Positions 9,618 to 19,242 of a DNA stretch of 64,000 nucleotides are shown here, in pieces. The DNA is from Desulfobacterales bacterium (GTDB lineage: Bacteria; Desulfobacterota; Desulfobacteria; Desulfobacterales; JAIPEE01). A program made the position numbers and the translations under genes. Numbering within the stretch: position 1 is the first letter of the stretch; every line of letters begins with the position of its first letter. The notes beneath the pieces were generated by a model. That model did no database searches. It saw only the letters and a program-made list of their open reading frames with translations, and had not been told where the DNA came from. The stretch covers positions 115,525 to 179,524 of the forward strand of contig JAIPEE010000002.1 in assembly GCA_021737275.1 (NCBI GenBank), in the 5' to 3' direction.

Positions 9618-12245
9618 ATGGAAAAAAACAAGCAATCGGTCCTGAAAATTGGTGAATTGCTGGCCAGGGAAGGCTTTATTAAACAGGCTAATCTTGAAAA
9701 AGCGCTTGAGGTCCAGAAAATTGATTATGATGCTGCAAGTGTTCCTTTAGGGCAGGTTCTTATTGAAAAAGGGTTTATTAATGAGGATCAGCTAAAGATG
9801 CTCTTGAAGCATCAAGAGACGCAGCATGCTGTGGGCGCCCTGGCAATTGAAAAAGGGCTGGTTGATGAAGAGATGCTGGTCAATTGCCTTAAAAAAATGC
9901 AGCCTGGTGATGATCTTGGCAAAATGCTTGTGATGCAGGGGTGTATCTCCACTGAAGAGTTGGCTGCTCTTGATACGGATAAAGCTGAAGAGAGCAATTT
10001 GGGGGAACTGGCTGTTAAGCTGGAGATGATCTCAAGAAAAGATCTCAATGAGGCGCTTAAACAGAAAAGATCTCAGAGAACCATCGGAGAAATTTTGTGT
10101 GATATGAAGATGGTTACTCCTGAAAATTTGAATCATGTTCTCAGAAAACATAGCAAGCAGATGAGGATTGGTGACTTTCTCCTCAAAGAGGGCATCATTT
10201 CCGAAGAGAAACTGAAAGCGGCACTGTATGAACAACGCCATCGGTCTGAGCCGCTGGGCAATATTCTTATTAAAAAGAAACTAATTACGCCATCCCAATT
10301 ATATTCCGTATTGTCCAGGCAATATAATATTCCTTTCAGAAAACTTACCGAATTTGAATTTGAAGAAACACAGCGAAATACGCTCACCAGAATCATCGGG
10401 CCCAAGTATGCAGAAAAAAATATGATCATGCCGTTAGCTATCAATGATGATGTGCTGACACTGGCCATGTTTAATCCGGATAATATTCGTATTGCCCAAG
10501 AGTTGAAACCGGTTTATTCAAATTTTAAAATGGACAGCATCCTTATTTCCGAAAGCAAATTTTACCAGTTGTTTGAATCACTGTATGGCCGCCCTGTCAC
10601 TTACCGGCGTGAGTTTACCGAGGAGGTTGAACCTGAAGAGGAAGAAGAGGTTGATATTACAGAAATTGACCTTGAAGAGGTTAATGTTCAGGATGACAGA
10701 ATAGCACCCTATGGTATGGGAGATATGGAAGGGGAAGAAATTGTAAATTTTATTGTCAAATATGGTATTGTTCACGGCGCCAGTGATATCCATATTGAAC
10801 AGGATCGCAGCGGCGCCAGACTCAGGTTCAGAATTGACGGTATGCTTCAGCTTTTGAAATTACGCTGGCTTGAAGAAAAATTCCAGACCATGGTGCCTGC
10901 CGTTATCTCCAGAATCAAGGTTATGTCCAATCTTGATATCGCAGAAAGGCGTATTCCCCAGGATGGGGTTTTCAGAATTAATTATTATGATAAGGAAAAA
11001 TTAAAAAAAGTTGACCTTGACTTTCGTGTGGCAACTTGCCCCGCAATAGTCGGTGAAAATGTATCAATACGTATTCTGGATGCGCGAAATGCATTTACCG
11101 GCCTTGAGGAATTGGGGCATTCCCCCCATATCCTGGAAGCCTTAAAGCGGATGGTGAAAAGTTCGGCAGGTATGTTTCTCGTATCCGGCCCGACCGGTAG
11201 TGGAAAATCTTCAACCCTCTATGCCGCTCTTCAGTATGTTTATAACCCCGGAATAAAGATTATTACGGCTGAAGACCCTATCGAGTATAGTTTTCCCGGT
11301 ATTATGCAGACACAGATACATCAGAAGATTAATCTTACCTTTTCCAGACTCCTTCGTTCTTTTTTAAGGCTTGATCCGGATGTTATCCTTGTCGGTGAGA
11401 TGCGTGATGAGGAGACTGCGACTATTGGTTTTGATGCCGCCCAGACAGGGCATCTTCTTTTAAGTACCATTCATACCAATGATGCAATCAGTGCCGTAAC
11501 CCGGCTTCTGGATTTGAAAGTTGAATATAATCAGATCGCTTCAAGTCTTATGGGTGTGCTTGCCCAGCGCCTGATTAGAAGAATTTGCCCGGAATGTAAA
11601 AAGAGGTATATTCCTCCTAAAGAGCAGTGGCGGTTATTGTATAAAAAATATCCCAGCAATTTGACTTTTTATAAGGCTGACGGGTGTGATCGTTGTGATT
11701 TTACCGGTTATCATGGCCGTATGCTCATATCGGAGCTTTTTTCCATTGAAGGAGATGTAGCCAGTGCGCTTAACCGTGGTGCCAGCGAATATGAAATTAA
11801 ACAAATTGCGCTCGAATCCGGAATGAAAACAATGCTTGATGATGGTATCTCAAAGCTTAATGATACAACCCTTTCTGAAATTATCAGAGTGGTACCTCAT
11901 GAAATGCTGAAGGAGTTCAGAGCCAGACAGACCGATTCCGTGACAAGCCCGGAAAACCCGGAAAACGGGTTTGATAATGGAACGGTAACGCCTTTTCATT
12001 CCGGAATTGTTATCAATGACCCGGTGGTTCAGGAAAAAATAATTACAAACATGTATGAAGAGTATAAAATGCTTCATACAGATTCCGGAAATGGAATGAT
12101 CTGGCCGGACCCGTCACTTTTCAATGAATTTGTTTCAGAAAGCCACAGAAATATCTGTGCACAATACCATTGTGAAGAGGTTTCTTTCTATCTTAAAAAA
12201 CAGAATGATAAAATTGGCATTTATGCACAACCCGCAAAAGTATGA
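9618..12245 (+). CDS. PilB/GspE-family secretion ATPase with eight tandem MshEN-type N-terminal repeats and a C-terminal extension
   Basis: ASDIHIE, Walker A GPTGSGKS, Asp box EDPIEY, Walker B DPDVILVGEMRD, His box GHLLLSTIHTN, Zn motif CPEC...CDRC; repeated xLGxxLxxxGxIxxxxLxxxL units. Confidence 0.92.
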   Translation: MEKNKQSVLKIGELLAREGFIKQANLEKALEVQKIDYDAASVPLGQVLIEKGFINEDQLKMLLKHQETQHAVGALAIEKGLVDEEMLVNCLKKMQPGDDLGKMLVMQGCISTEELAALDTDKAEESNLGELAVKLEMISRKDLNEALKQKRSQRTIGEILCDMKMVTPENLNHVLRKHSKQMRIGDFLLKEGIISEEKLKAALYEQRHRSEPLGNILIKKKLITPSQLYSVLSRQYNIPFRKLTEFEFEETQRNTLTRIIGPKYAEKNMIMPLAINDDVLTLAMFNPDNIRIAQELKPVYSNFKMDSILISESKFYQLFESLYGRPVTYRREFTEEVEPEEEEEVDITEIDLEEVNVQDDRIAPYGMGDMEGEEIVNFIVKYGIVHGASDIHIEQDRSGARLRFRIDGMLQLLKLRWLEEKFQTMVPAVISRIKVMSNLDIAERRIPQDGVFRINYYDKEKLKKVDLDFRVATCPAIVGENVSIRILDARNAFTGLEELGHSPHILEALKRMVKSSAGMFLVSGPTGSGKSSTLYAALQYVYNPGIKIITAEDPIEYSFPGIMQTQIHQKINLTFSRLLRSFLRLDPDVILVGEMRDEETATIGFDAAQTGHLLLSTIHTNDAISAVTRLLDLKVEYNQIASSLMGVLAQRLIRRICPECKKRYIPPKEQWRLLYKKYPSNLTFYKADGCDRCDFTGYHGRMLISELFSIEGDVASALNRGASEYEIKQIALESGMKTMLDDGISKLNDTTLSEIIRVVPHEMLKEFRARQTDSVTSPENPENGFDNGTVTPFHSGIVINDPVVQEKIITNMYEEYKMLHTDSGNGMIWPDPSLFNEFVSESHRNICAQYHCEEVSFYLKKQNDKIGIYAQPAKV

Positions 12246-12283
12246 TGGTCGCTGATAACCCGGGTTAATTCAGAGGATTTGAT

Positions 12284-13429
12284 ATGTCTATAGTGATTAC
12301 AGTTACAAGCTGGAAAAAAAATGCAGGCAAAACAAATGTAAGTGTTAATCTTGCGCTTAGCCTTGCCGGTCAGGGACAACGTGTCTGTCTGGTTGGCGGC
12401 GATTCAGGATTTGTCAATCTTTTCCTGAGATTAAGTCCGGAATATAACCTTGAAGATATGTTAGCCGGAGAGTGTTCCCTTGAAGATATTATTATCAGGG
12501 ACTATCATGGTATTGATATTATTCCGGCCGGCCCCGGTATTGAAATGGTATCGGAACTTGAATCGGATAAACGGAAAATGCTTGCCAAATCATTTGCAGA
12601 GATCAACCACTATGACTATTTTATCATTGATGCGGCTGCCGGCACATCCCCAGCCAATATGGCCCTTTGTCTGGCATCACCTGAGCTTATTCTATTGACA
12701 ACCCCGGAACATGCAGCACTTGATGATGCTTATACCATCATTAAAATGCTTGCCCATAACAACTATGACGGTTCAGTTATGCTGCTGGCCAACAGAAGTG
12801 AAAATAAAACGAGTGCAAGGTCATCACAGTCACGGCTTATAGAGTTTGTAGGAATGACGATGGATGTTAAAATGATCCAGCTAGGTGCCATTCTTGATGA
12901 TCCGAAGGTTGATGAGGCCATTGAAGAGCAGACACCCTATTTCTGGCAGTATCCGGACAGTGAAGCGTCCAGGTGTCTTAAGAATATAACCAAAAATATC
13001 ATGAAAAACAGAGATGAAGAGATTAATGGTTTCGATCATTTCTGGAAAGCATTAACCGAAATTAATTTGGACACACTAAAGTTGTCCGCACTTGAACATA
13101 GTGAACTCTTGAAAAACAGCGGTTTGCACGCAGCCGGAATCTTTGGGAATGAAAAGCTGCCGTTGTCTGGTGCTAAAACCGATTCTTCTGAAGAACGAAT
13201 TTCTCCCGATCTTGCAATTTTAAGTCAGATAGCAGAAAATATGGGCTCAATTTCCAAAGAGCTTGGCGCCATAAAGAAGATCCTTGCAGATCATTCAGCA
13301 GAATATGGTGTTCATGATGAAGTTTACGGTGTTCTTCAGCAAAGGGAGAAGGATTCAGTCAGCAACTTGATTCCACTTAATTTTGAAGCTTTTCTTGAAC
13401 GACATAAGGGCAGAACGGAAGAAAAATAA
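12284..13429 (+). CDS. FlhG/MinD-like ATPase with degenerate P-loop and C-terminal extension
   Basis: SWKKNAGKTN at the position of SGKGGVGKT; NLALSLA, GIDIIPAG, YDYFIIDAAAG, TTPE..ALDDAYTIIK. Confidence 0.85.
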   Translation: MSIVITVTSWKKNAGKTNVSVNLALSLAGQGQRVCLVGGDSGFVNLFLRLSPEYNLEDMLAGECSLEDIIIRDYHGIDIIPAGPGIEMVSELESDKRKMLAKSFAEINHYDYFIIDAAAGTSPANMALCLASPELILLTTPEHAALDDAYTIIKMLAHNNYDGSVMLLANRSENKTSARSSQSRLIEFVGMTMDVKMIQLGAILDDPKVDEAIEEQTPYFWQYPDSEASRCLKNITKNIMKNRDEEINGFDHFWKALTEINLDTLKLSALEHSELLKNSGLHAAGIFGNEKLPLSGAKTDSSEERISPDLAILSQIAENMGSISKELGAIKKILADHSAEYGVHDEVYGVLQQREKDSVSNLIPLNFEAFLERHKGRTEEK

Positions 13430-13451
13430 TCGTTTAAAGCAGCAACGATAT

Positions 13452-13493
13452 AAGCCTGAAAAACCTATAACGTTTTTCAGGCTTTTTTATTTT
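13452..13493 (+). terminator. Rho-independent terminator
   Basis: aagcctgaaaaac / gtttttcaggctt 13-bp stem followed by a T-tract. Confidence 0.85.
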
Positions 13494-13666
13494 AAAAAGT
13501 TTTTGAAAAAACATGTTTTTTTGGTTTGCCTTACGGCAAAAATTTGAATAAATGAACCATTATATATAATAAAAAAACGGCTGAATCTAAAACAGCTTTG
13601 CCGTCATTTTGGTAATGAAATAAACCGTCAACGCTATGGTGATTCCTGCTGGAACTTTGATTTCAG

Positions 13667-14362
13667 ATGAAGGCTTCACATATGGGAAAATATATGTCTG
13701 ATAAAGATCTTCCGGTGGATGACCGGCTGAATCTTGAAAATATTAAACGTCTGGCAGAGAAAATGTTTGCAGATGCCAATGGAAGCCATGACTGGGATCA
13801 TACCCTCAGGGTTTGCAAGCTTTGTGAGCGTATAGGGCCTAAAGAGGGCGCAGATATGACCGTTCTCCTTATTGCTGCATATTTTCACGATATCGGGCGA
13901 CGGTTTCAGGATGATGCCAGGGGAGAAATATGTCATGCTGAAAAGGGTGCGGAAATGTCCATGCCGATAGTGTCCACACTTCCGATAAGCAAACGACAGC
14001 AGGATAAAATTATCGACTGCATTCGGACGCACCGTTTTAGAGGAGACAATACGCCGGAAACCATTGAAGCCAAAGTTCTTTTTGATGCCGATAAACTGGA
14101 TGCTATCGGTGCAGTCGGCGTGGCACGGGCATATCTTTTTGCCGGAGAAGTCGGTGCACGGCTTCACAATCCGGATATTGATATCAAAAATACCAGACCC
14201 TATACTGAGAATGATACCGGTTTCAGGGAATATAAGGTTAAATTGTGTCGGATATCTGAGTGCATTTTAACGGAGACGGGAAAAGAAATTGCTGCCGGGC
14301 GGCATGCATTTATGGAATATTTTTTTAAACAGTTTCTGGATGAATATGATGGGAGAAAGTAA
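13667..14362 (+). CDS. HD-domain phosphohydrolase (YedJ-like); true start may be a downstream Met
   Basis: SHDWDHTLRV, FHDIGR, CHAEKGAE, HRFRG, LFDADKLDAIGAVGVAR. Confidence 0.88.
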   Translation: MKASHMGKYMSDKDLPVDDRLNLENIKRLAEKMFADANGSHDWDHTLRVCKLCERIGPKEGADMTVLLIAAYFHDIGRRFQDDARGEICHAEKGAEMSMPIVSTLPISKRQQDKIIDCIRTHRFRGDNTPETIEAKVLFDADKLDAIGAVGVARAYLFAGEVGARLHNPDIDIKNTRPYTENDTGFREYKVKLCRISECILTETGKEIAAGRHAFMEYFFKQFLDEYDGRK

Positions 14363-14364
14363 AG

Positions 14365-15042
14365 ATGAGTATTAATGTCGTAGATAAAATTGATGATCTG
14401 GTGAAGGTAAAAAATGTCCTGTTAAGTGTTTCCGATAAAAGCGGTCTTGAAAGCCTGGTCCCGAAGCTTCTTGAATTTAATCCGGACATGAAATTCTTTT
14501 CAACAGGCGGCACTTTTAAGAAACTCAAAGAAATTCTTGGTGATAGTGCAGCTCAGAGCCTTACACCGGTTTCCGATTATACCGGTCAGCCGGAAACACA
14601 GGGCGGGCTTGTTAAAACGCTGGATTTTAAAATTTATCTGGGTATTCTGACAGAGACTTATAATGATGCCCATGCCGCGGATCTGGCACGCACTAATGCC
14701 GTACCCATAGACATGGTGATTGTAAATCTCTATCCTTTTCAGCAAACTGTGGCTAAAGAAGGCGTTACTATTGAGCAGGCCCGTGGCAATATTGATATTG
14801 GCGGTCCCTGTATGATCAGGGCATCGGCAAAGAATTGTCTCCGGGTTGCATCGGTCGTAGATCCGTCGGATTATGATATGATCATATCGGAAATGGCTGT
14901 AAATAATGGATCAACCTCACTGGCGCTTCGTTATCAGCTAGCCCGAAAATCTTTTGATCATACCGCAAACTATGATCGGGCCATTGCTGATTTTTTGAAT
15001 TTAAAATCAGCTGAAGAGGCGGGAAATTGCTACAAGAAGTAA
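14365..15042 (+). CDS. purH: Stand-alone IMP cyclohydrolase (MGS-like N-terminal half of PurH)
   Basis: LLSVSDKSGL, STGGT, GGLVKTL, IDMVIVNLYPF, NIDIGGPCMIRASAKN. Confidence 0.88.
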   Translation: MSINVVDKIDDLVKVKNVLLSVSDKSGLESLVPKLLEFNPDMKFFSTGGTFKKLKEILGDSAAQSLTPVSDYTGQPETQGGLVKTLDFKIYLGILTETYNDAHAADLARTNAVPIDMVIVNLYPFQQTVAKEGVTIEQARGNIDIGGPCMIRASAKNCLRVASVVDPSDYDMIISEMAVNNGSTSLALRYQLARKSFDHTANYDRAIADFLNLKSAEEAGNCYKK

Positions 15043-15092
15043 TCATAAAAACAGGTAAAGATATTGTATAAAATTAATAAAGGGAGTTCGTC

Positions 15093-16343
15093 ATGGCAGA
15101 AGATTTGAAAAAAATGTATCGGACAATTATGGATGATCATTTCCCATCCAAAATGGAAGTCAGTTTTGTAGAGGGTGATAACCGCCAAACCCTTTTTTAT
15201 GAAAAGGTAACCTGGACAATTGATGATGTTATTAAGGGCCTGCGCTACGGAGAAAATCCCGGTCAGGAAGCAGCACTTTTTAAACTGGTTAACGGCAACC
15301 TGGTGCTTGGTGATTTAAAAACCATTCAGCCCGGGAAATATCTGGCTTCAGATATTGAATTGCTTCAGTCCGGCAAACACCCCGGGAAAACCAATCTGAC
15401 GGATGCAGATAATGCATTGAATATTCTTAGATATTTTACGGGCAAACCGGCAGCCGTTATTGTAAAACATAATAATCCCTGCGGTGTTGCGCTTTCCGAT
15501 TCCCTTGAATCAGCTTACAGCAAAGCTTATATGGCTGATCGTGTTGCTGCATTTGGCGGCTGTATTGCAGTCAACAAAGCTGTTGATGCGGCAACCGCAG
15601 AAGCAATCAGTAATCAGTATGCGGAAGTAATTGTAGCCCCTGATTTTGAAGATGGTGTGATGGATATCTTTGCCAAAAAGAAAAATCTCAGGGTAGTAAA
15701 AATTGGAAATATTGAAAAGCTTCAGCAGTTCGTTGGTGAACGATGTGTAGAATTCAAAAGCCTGATTGATGGCGGTGTTATTGCCCAGTGGTCCTTTGTT
15801 CCGGAAGCCCGAACAAAAGAAGATCTTGTGCTGGCGGAAACAGAGTACAAGGGCAAGGCGTATAAGGTAAACAGGGCACCGACAGATAAAGAGTATGATG
15901 ATCTGGTCATGGGCTGGCTGGTAGAGTCCGGCATTACGTCTAATTCGGTAATCTATGTAAAAGATCAGGTTACGGTTGGAATCGGTACCGGCGAGCAGGA
16001 CAGGGTCGGTGTTGCAGAAATCGCAAGAGACAAGGCATACAGAAAACTGGCAGACAGATACTGTTTTGAAAAACATGCGGTTTCATATAATGATTTGAAA
16101 GATGAAGATAAAAAAAGTGAGATTGATGCACGTGTTGCCGATGAAAAGGGAGGCCTTATTGACTCAGCCATGGTCAGTGATGCATTCTTCCCTTTCAGGG
16201 ATGGTGTAGATGTGGGTATTCGGGAAGGCATCTCTTCTGTTATTCAGCCGGGCGGTTCAGGAAATGATTATCAGTCAATTGAAGCTTGTAATGAAGCGGA
16301 TGTAACAATGGTATATACCAAACAGAGAAGTTTCAAGCATTGA
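15093..16343 (+). CDS. purH: Stand-alone AICAR transformylase (C-terminal half of PurH)
   Basis: LRYGENPGQEAA, catalytic VKHNNPCG, AFGG, SNSVI, GIGTGEQDRV, SDAFFPFRDG, IQPGGS, RSFKH; own GGGAG RBS. Confidence 0.88.
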   Translation: MAEDLKKMYRTIMDDHFPSKMEVSFVEGDNRQTLFYEKVTWTIDDVIKGLRYGENPGQEAALFKLVNGNLVLGDLKTIQPGKYLASDIELLQSGKHPGKTNLTDADNALNILRYFTGKPAAVIVKHNNPCGVALSDSLESAYSKAYMADRVAAFGGCIAVNKAVDAATAEAISNQYAEVIVAPDFEDGVMDIFAKKKNLRVVKIGNIEKLQQFVGERCVEFKSLIDGGVIAQWSFVPEARTKEDLVLAETEYKGKAYKVNRAPTDKEYDDLVMGWLVESGITSNSVIYVKDQVTVGIGTGEQDRVGVAEIARDKAYRKLADRYCFEKHAVSYNDLKDEDKKSEIDARVADEKGGLIDSAMVSDAFFPFRDGVDVGIREGISSVIQPGGSGNDYQSIEACNEADVTMVYTKQRSFKH

Positions 16344-16412
16344 TGGTGCTATAGAAGTTTTGCCGATCATGCTGCAGTAAATTTTTTCACGTGAAAAACA
16401 AGGGGATATACT

Positions 16413-16886
16413 ATGGCTATTCATATTAGAGTCCCGGGTTATGATGACCTTGAGTTGGAACATCTTGTTCTTGATTATAACGGAACCCTTGCTTGTGATG
16501 GGAAGTTGCTTAAAGGCGTGGCGGATTGTCTTAAGCGCCTGTCAAAAAAACTTGAGATCCATGTGGTTACTGCCGATACATTCGGCCATGTTAAGTTGGA
16601 ATTGGTCGATGTCCCTTGCAGTATAACAATACTGCCCCTGGGAAGCCAGGATGAGGGTAAACGTGAATATATTATCAACCTTAACCCGGATGTAACAGTC
16701 TGCATCGGAAATGGCCGGAATGACCGTCTGATGCTCAAAGAAGCAGCGCTGGGAATTGCTGTTATCATGGGAGAGGGCGCGGCAAGAGGTGCAATACTGT
16801 CAGCAGATGTCATAAGTACGGATATTGTCTCTGCATTGAAACTGCTAGAAAATCCGCTACGTCTGACAGCAACATTAAGATCATAA
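16413..16886 (+). CDS. HAD-superfamily hydrolase (soluble P-type-ATPase-like)
   Basis: LVLDYNGTLA, VVTADTFG, IGNGRNDRLML, GIAVIMGEG. Confidence 0.85.
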   Translation: MAIHIRVPGYDDLELEHLVLDYNGTLACDGKLLKGVADCLKRLSKKLEIHVVTADTFGHVKLELVDVPCSITILPLGSQDEGKREYIINLNPDVTVCIGNGRNDRLMLKEAALGIAVIMGEGAARGAILSADVISTDIVSALKLLENPLRLTATLRS

Positions 16887-16927
16887 ATGAATTTATTGTT
16901 TAATAATCATATTGATAGAGGGGGTCT

Positions 16928-17134
16928 GTGATGACTGTTGAGCGAATTGTTTTTGCAGTAGCAGGAAGTTTTATTCTTATAAGCCTTATTTTATATCTGT
17001 TTCACAGCCATTACTGGCTCTGGTTTACGGCATTTGTCGGTGCCAATTTGTTTCAGTCTTCTATCACCGGATTTTGCCCCATGGCAAAAATCCTGAAACT
17101 TATTGGTTTGAAAACCGGAAAGGCATTTGATTAA
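16928..17134 (+). CDS. DUF2892/YgaP-like small membrane protein
   Basis: ERIVFAVAG...FVGANLFQSSITGFCPMAKIL pattern. Confidence 0.85.
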   Translation: MMTVERIVFAVAGSFILISLILYLFHSHYWLWFTAFVGANLFQSSITGFCPMAKILKLIGLKTGKAFD

Positions 17135-17224
17135 AAACAGTAATTAAGGATATTTATCGGCATACCGAGATGATATACAAAGGCAAATTACTTCAGCAGG
17201 TTCAGGATTTTACTTGCAGAATGG

Positions 17225-18220
17225 TTATCCGCCAATAGCCGACATCTGACTGCTTACAGCAGGTGTTGTACTTTCACTAAGCTTGTGAGCTTCACCTTTT
17301 GATAGAGCTGCTTTCAAAAGTACTTCAGCGATCACCTCATCAGAACATCCATTTCTTATGGGTGTTTTAAGATCTGTCTGAATATCTGAAAGCAGGCAGG
17401 CTCTTAACTGGCCGTCAGCAGTGAGACGCATTCGGTTACAGTTCCGGCAGAAATTATGGGTCATAGCCGTTATAAATCCGATTTCCCCTTTTGCACCTTC
17501 AAACCGGAAACGTTTTGCGGGGCCGTCCTGGAGGCCTTTTTCTACGGATATCAGGTTTCCGATTTTTGAAAACCGCTCCTGAAGTTCCGGTGCATAGATC
17601 GCCTTTTGAGCATTAATATCGGAATGACCAATGGGCATATACTCTATAAATCTGATATGGAACGGATATTTAAAGGAGAGGTTGGCAAAATCAAAAAGCT
17701 CGTTATCATTCCTTCCCCGCAGCGGAACAACATTGAGCTTTATCGGGCTCAGTCCGTTTTCATGTGCGCACATGATACCTGCCCAGACCCTGTTGAACAT
17801 ATCAAAACCGGTTATTTTCTTATATGTCTGGGGGTCAAGTGAGTCGAGGCTGACATTTATTCTCCGTATTCCTGCAGAAAGAATGGATTCAATGCTGTCT
17901 TTAAGTAAGACACCATTTGTTGTCAGGGAAATATCTTCAAGCCCCTTTATCTCTGAAAGAGATTTCAGAAAGTCCTTTGCCCCTTTTCTTACCAGTGGTT
18001 CACCGCCGGTAATTCTGACCTTTTTTATGCCCAGGTCGACACCGACGCGCACAATACGAATGATTTCTTCATATCTGAGGATGTCTTCATGTTTCAGCTT
18101 TGGGATCTTGTCAGGCGGAACACAGTAAAGGCATCTCAAATTGCAACGATCTGTAATGGAGATCCTGAGATAATTAAGATGGCGGTTAAATTTGTCTATA
18201 AGCTTGTTTTTTTGCAGCAC
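17225..18220 (-). CDS. moaA: GTP 3',8-cyclase (molybdopterin biosynthesis)
   Basis: YLRISITDRCNLRCLYC, ITGGEPL, FCRNCNRMRLTADG, C-terminal IGG. Confidence 0.97.
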   Translation of the reverse strand: MLQKNKLIDKFNRHLNYLRISITDRCNLRCLYCVPPDKIPKLKHEDILRYEEIIRIVRVGVDLGIKKVRITGGEPLVRKGAKDFLKSLSEIKGLEDISLTTNGVLLKDSIESILSAGIRRINVSLDSLDPQTYKKITGFDMFNRVWAGIMCAHENGLSPIKLNVVPLRGRNDNELFDFANLSFKYPFHIRFIEYMPIGHSDINAQKAIYAPELQERFSKIGNLISVEKGLQDGPAKRFRFEGAKGEIGFITAMTHNFCRNCNRMRLTADGQLRACLLSDIQTDLKTPIRNGCSDEVIAEVLLKAALSKGEAHKLSESTTPAVSSQMSAIGG

Positions 18221-18270
18221 GATAAATCCTTACAAACTGTGCCTTACTGCAAGGGGATAAGGGAGCGGGC

Positions 18271-19242
18271 TCAAGTGATATTGAATTTTTCCCGATATTC
18301 CGGGATTTCAATCATGGGCGGCCGTTCAAACCCTTCCATATTGGTAATGTTCGGCTGATACTTATTCCGAACAAGATTATACTGGATCATATCATCAAAG
18401 AGCTTTTTTTTGAGCTCTATTTGTCCAATTTTTTCGACACGGTTTAAAAATGTTTTCAATATGGCAAATGCCATTCTGCCCAGAGCCTTTGTATCCTGAT
18501 TTCTATGAATTCTTCTTTCAAGGTCAACCTGAGCTATTACATCTATACTCCATTTTTCACAAATATCAAGTATCATACTTGTTTCAATCCCATATCCGAT
18601 AGGGAATGGTATTTTTTCAAAAATTTCCCTGTACCCGGCATATTCTCCTGAAAGCGGCTGAATTATTTGTGAAAGTTCCGGTGCGAAGAGTGAAAAAAGA
18701 GGCCTGATAACCAGTTCCGTTACACGGCCGCCACCGGTTGGGCGTGATTTGTTTTTACCGATTGCAATGGGGCGGTCATAAAAAGCTTTGGCATATTTGA
18801 TGTGATCATAAAGCAGCAATGGCGCAAGGAGAGCATAGACAAAACGATGGTGAATATTTTTTATGTCTGCATCAATATAGACAAGAATATCGCCTTTCGT
18901 GATGTAAAGCGCTTTCCAGAGATTTTCGCCTTTTCCCTTTTGTTGTCCAAGATGCGGCAGAATATTGTCTGATTCATAGACATCCGCGCCATATGTACTT
19001 GCAATATCCAGGGTGTTGTCAACCGAGCCGGAGTCAACAACAATGATTTCATCCAGAAGCGGATATCGCATCATCAGCTCTGATTTCATGATCATAATCT
19101 CTTTGGCAATAGTTTTCTCTTCATTCAGTGTGGGCAGACAAAGAGAGATTGTCAGATTTTTCTTTTTTTTTATGGCGACTAGTTTTTTCAGGTCACGAAA
19201 AGCAGAATAGTGAAATGTGTTTGATTCTATCCAGTTAAACAT
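18271..19242 (-). CDS. gpgS: Glucosyl-3-phosphoglycerate synthase (GT81)
   Basis: LPTLNEE, VVDSGSVD, GKGENLW, YIDADI, GGGRVTEL, QPLSGEYA, GYGIET, HRNQ. Confidence 0.88.
   Translation of the reverse strand: MFNWIESNTFHYSAFRDLKKLVAIKKKKNLTISLCLPTLNEEKTIAKEIMIMKSELMMRYPLLDEIIVVDSGSVDNTLDIASTYGADVYESDNILPHLGQQKGKGENLWKALYITKGDILVYIDADIKNIHHRFVYALLAPLLLYDHIKYAKAFYDRPIAIGKNKSRPTGGGRVTELVIRPLFSLFAPELSQIIQPLSGEYAGYREIFEKIPFPIGYGIETSMILDICEKWSIDVIAQVDLERRIHRNQDTKALGRMAFAILKTFLNRVEKIGQIELKKKLFDDMIQYNLVRNKYQPNITNMEGFERPPMIEIPEYREKFNIT

Noticed and set aside
13506-13540. Adjacent palindromes AAAAAACATGTTTTTT and TTTGCC-TTAC-GGCAAA
   Set aside because: AT-rich context next to a terminator; no recognisable regulator or riboswitch core
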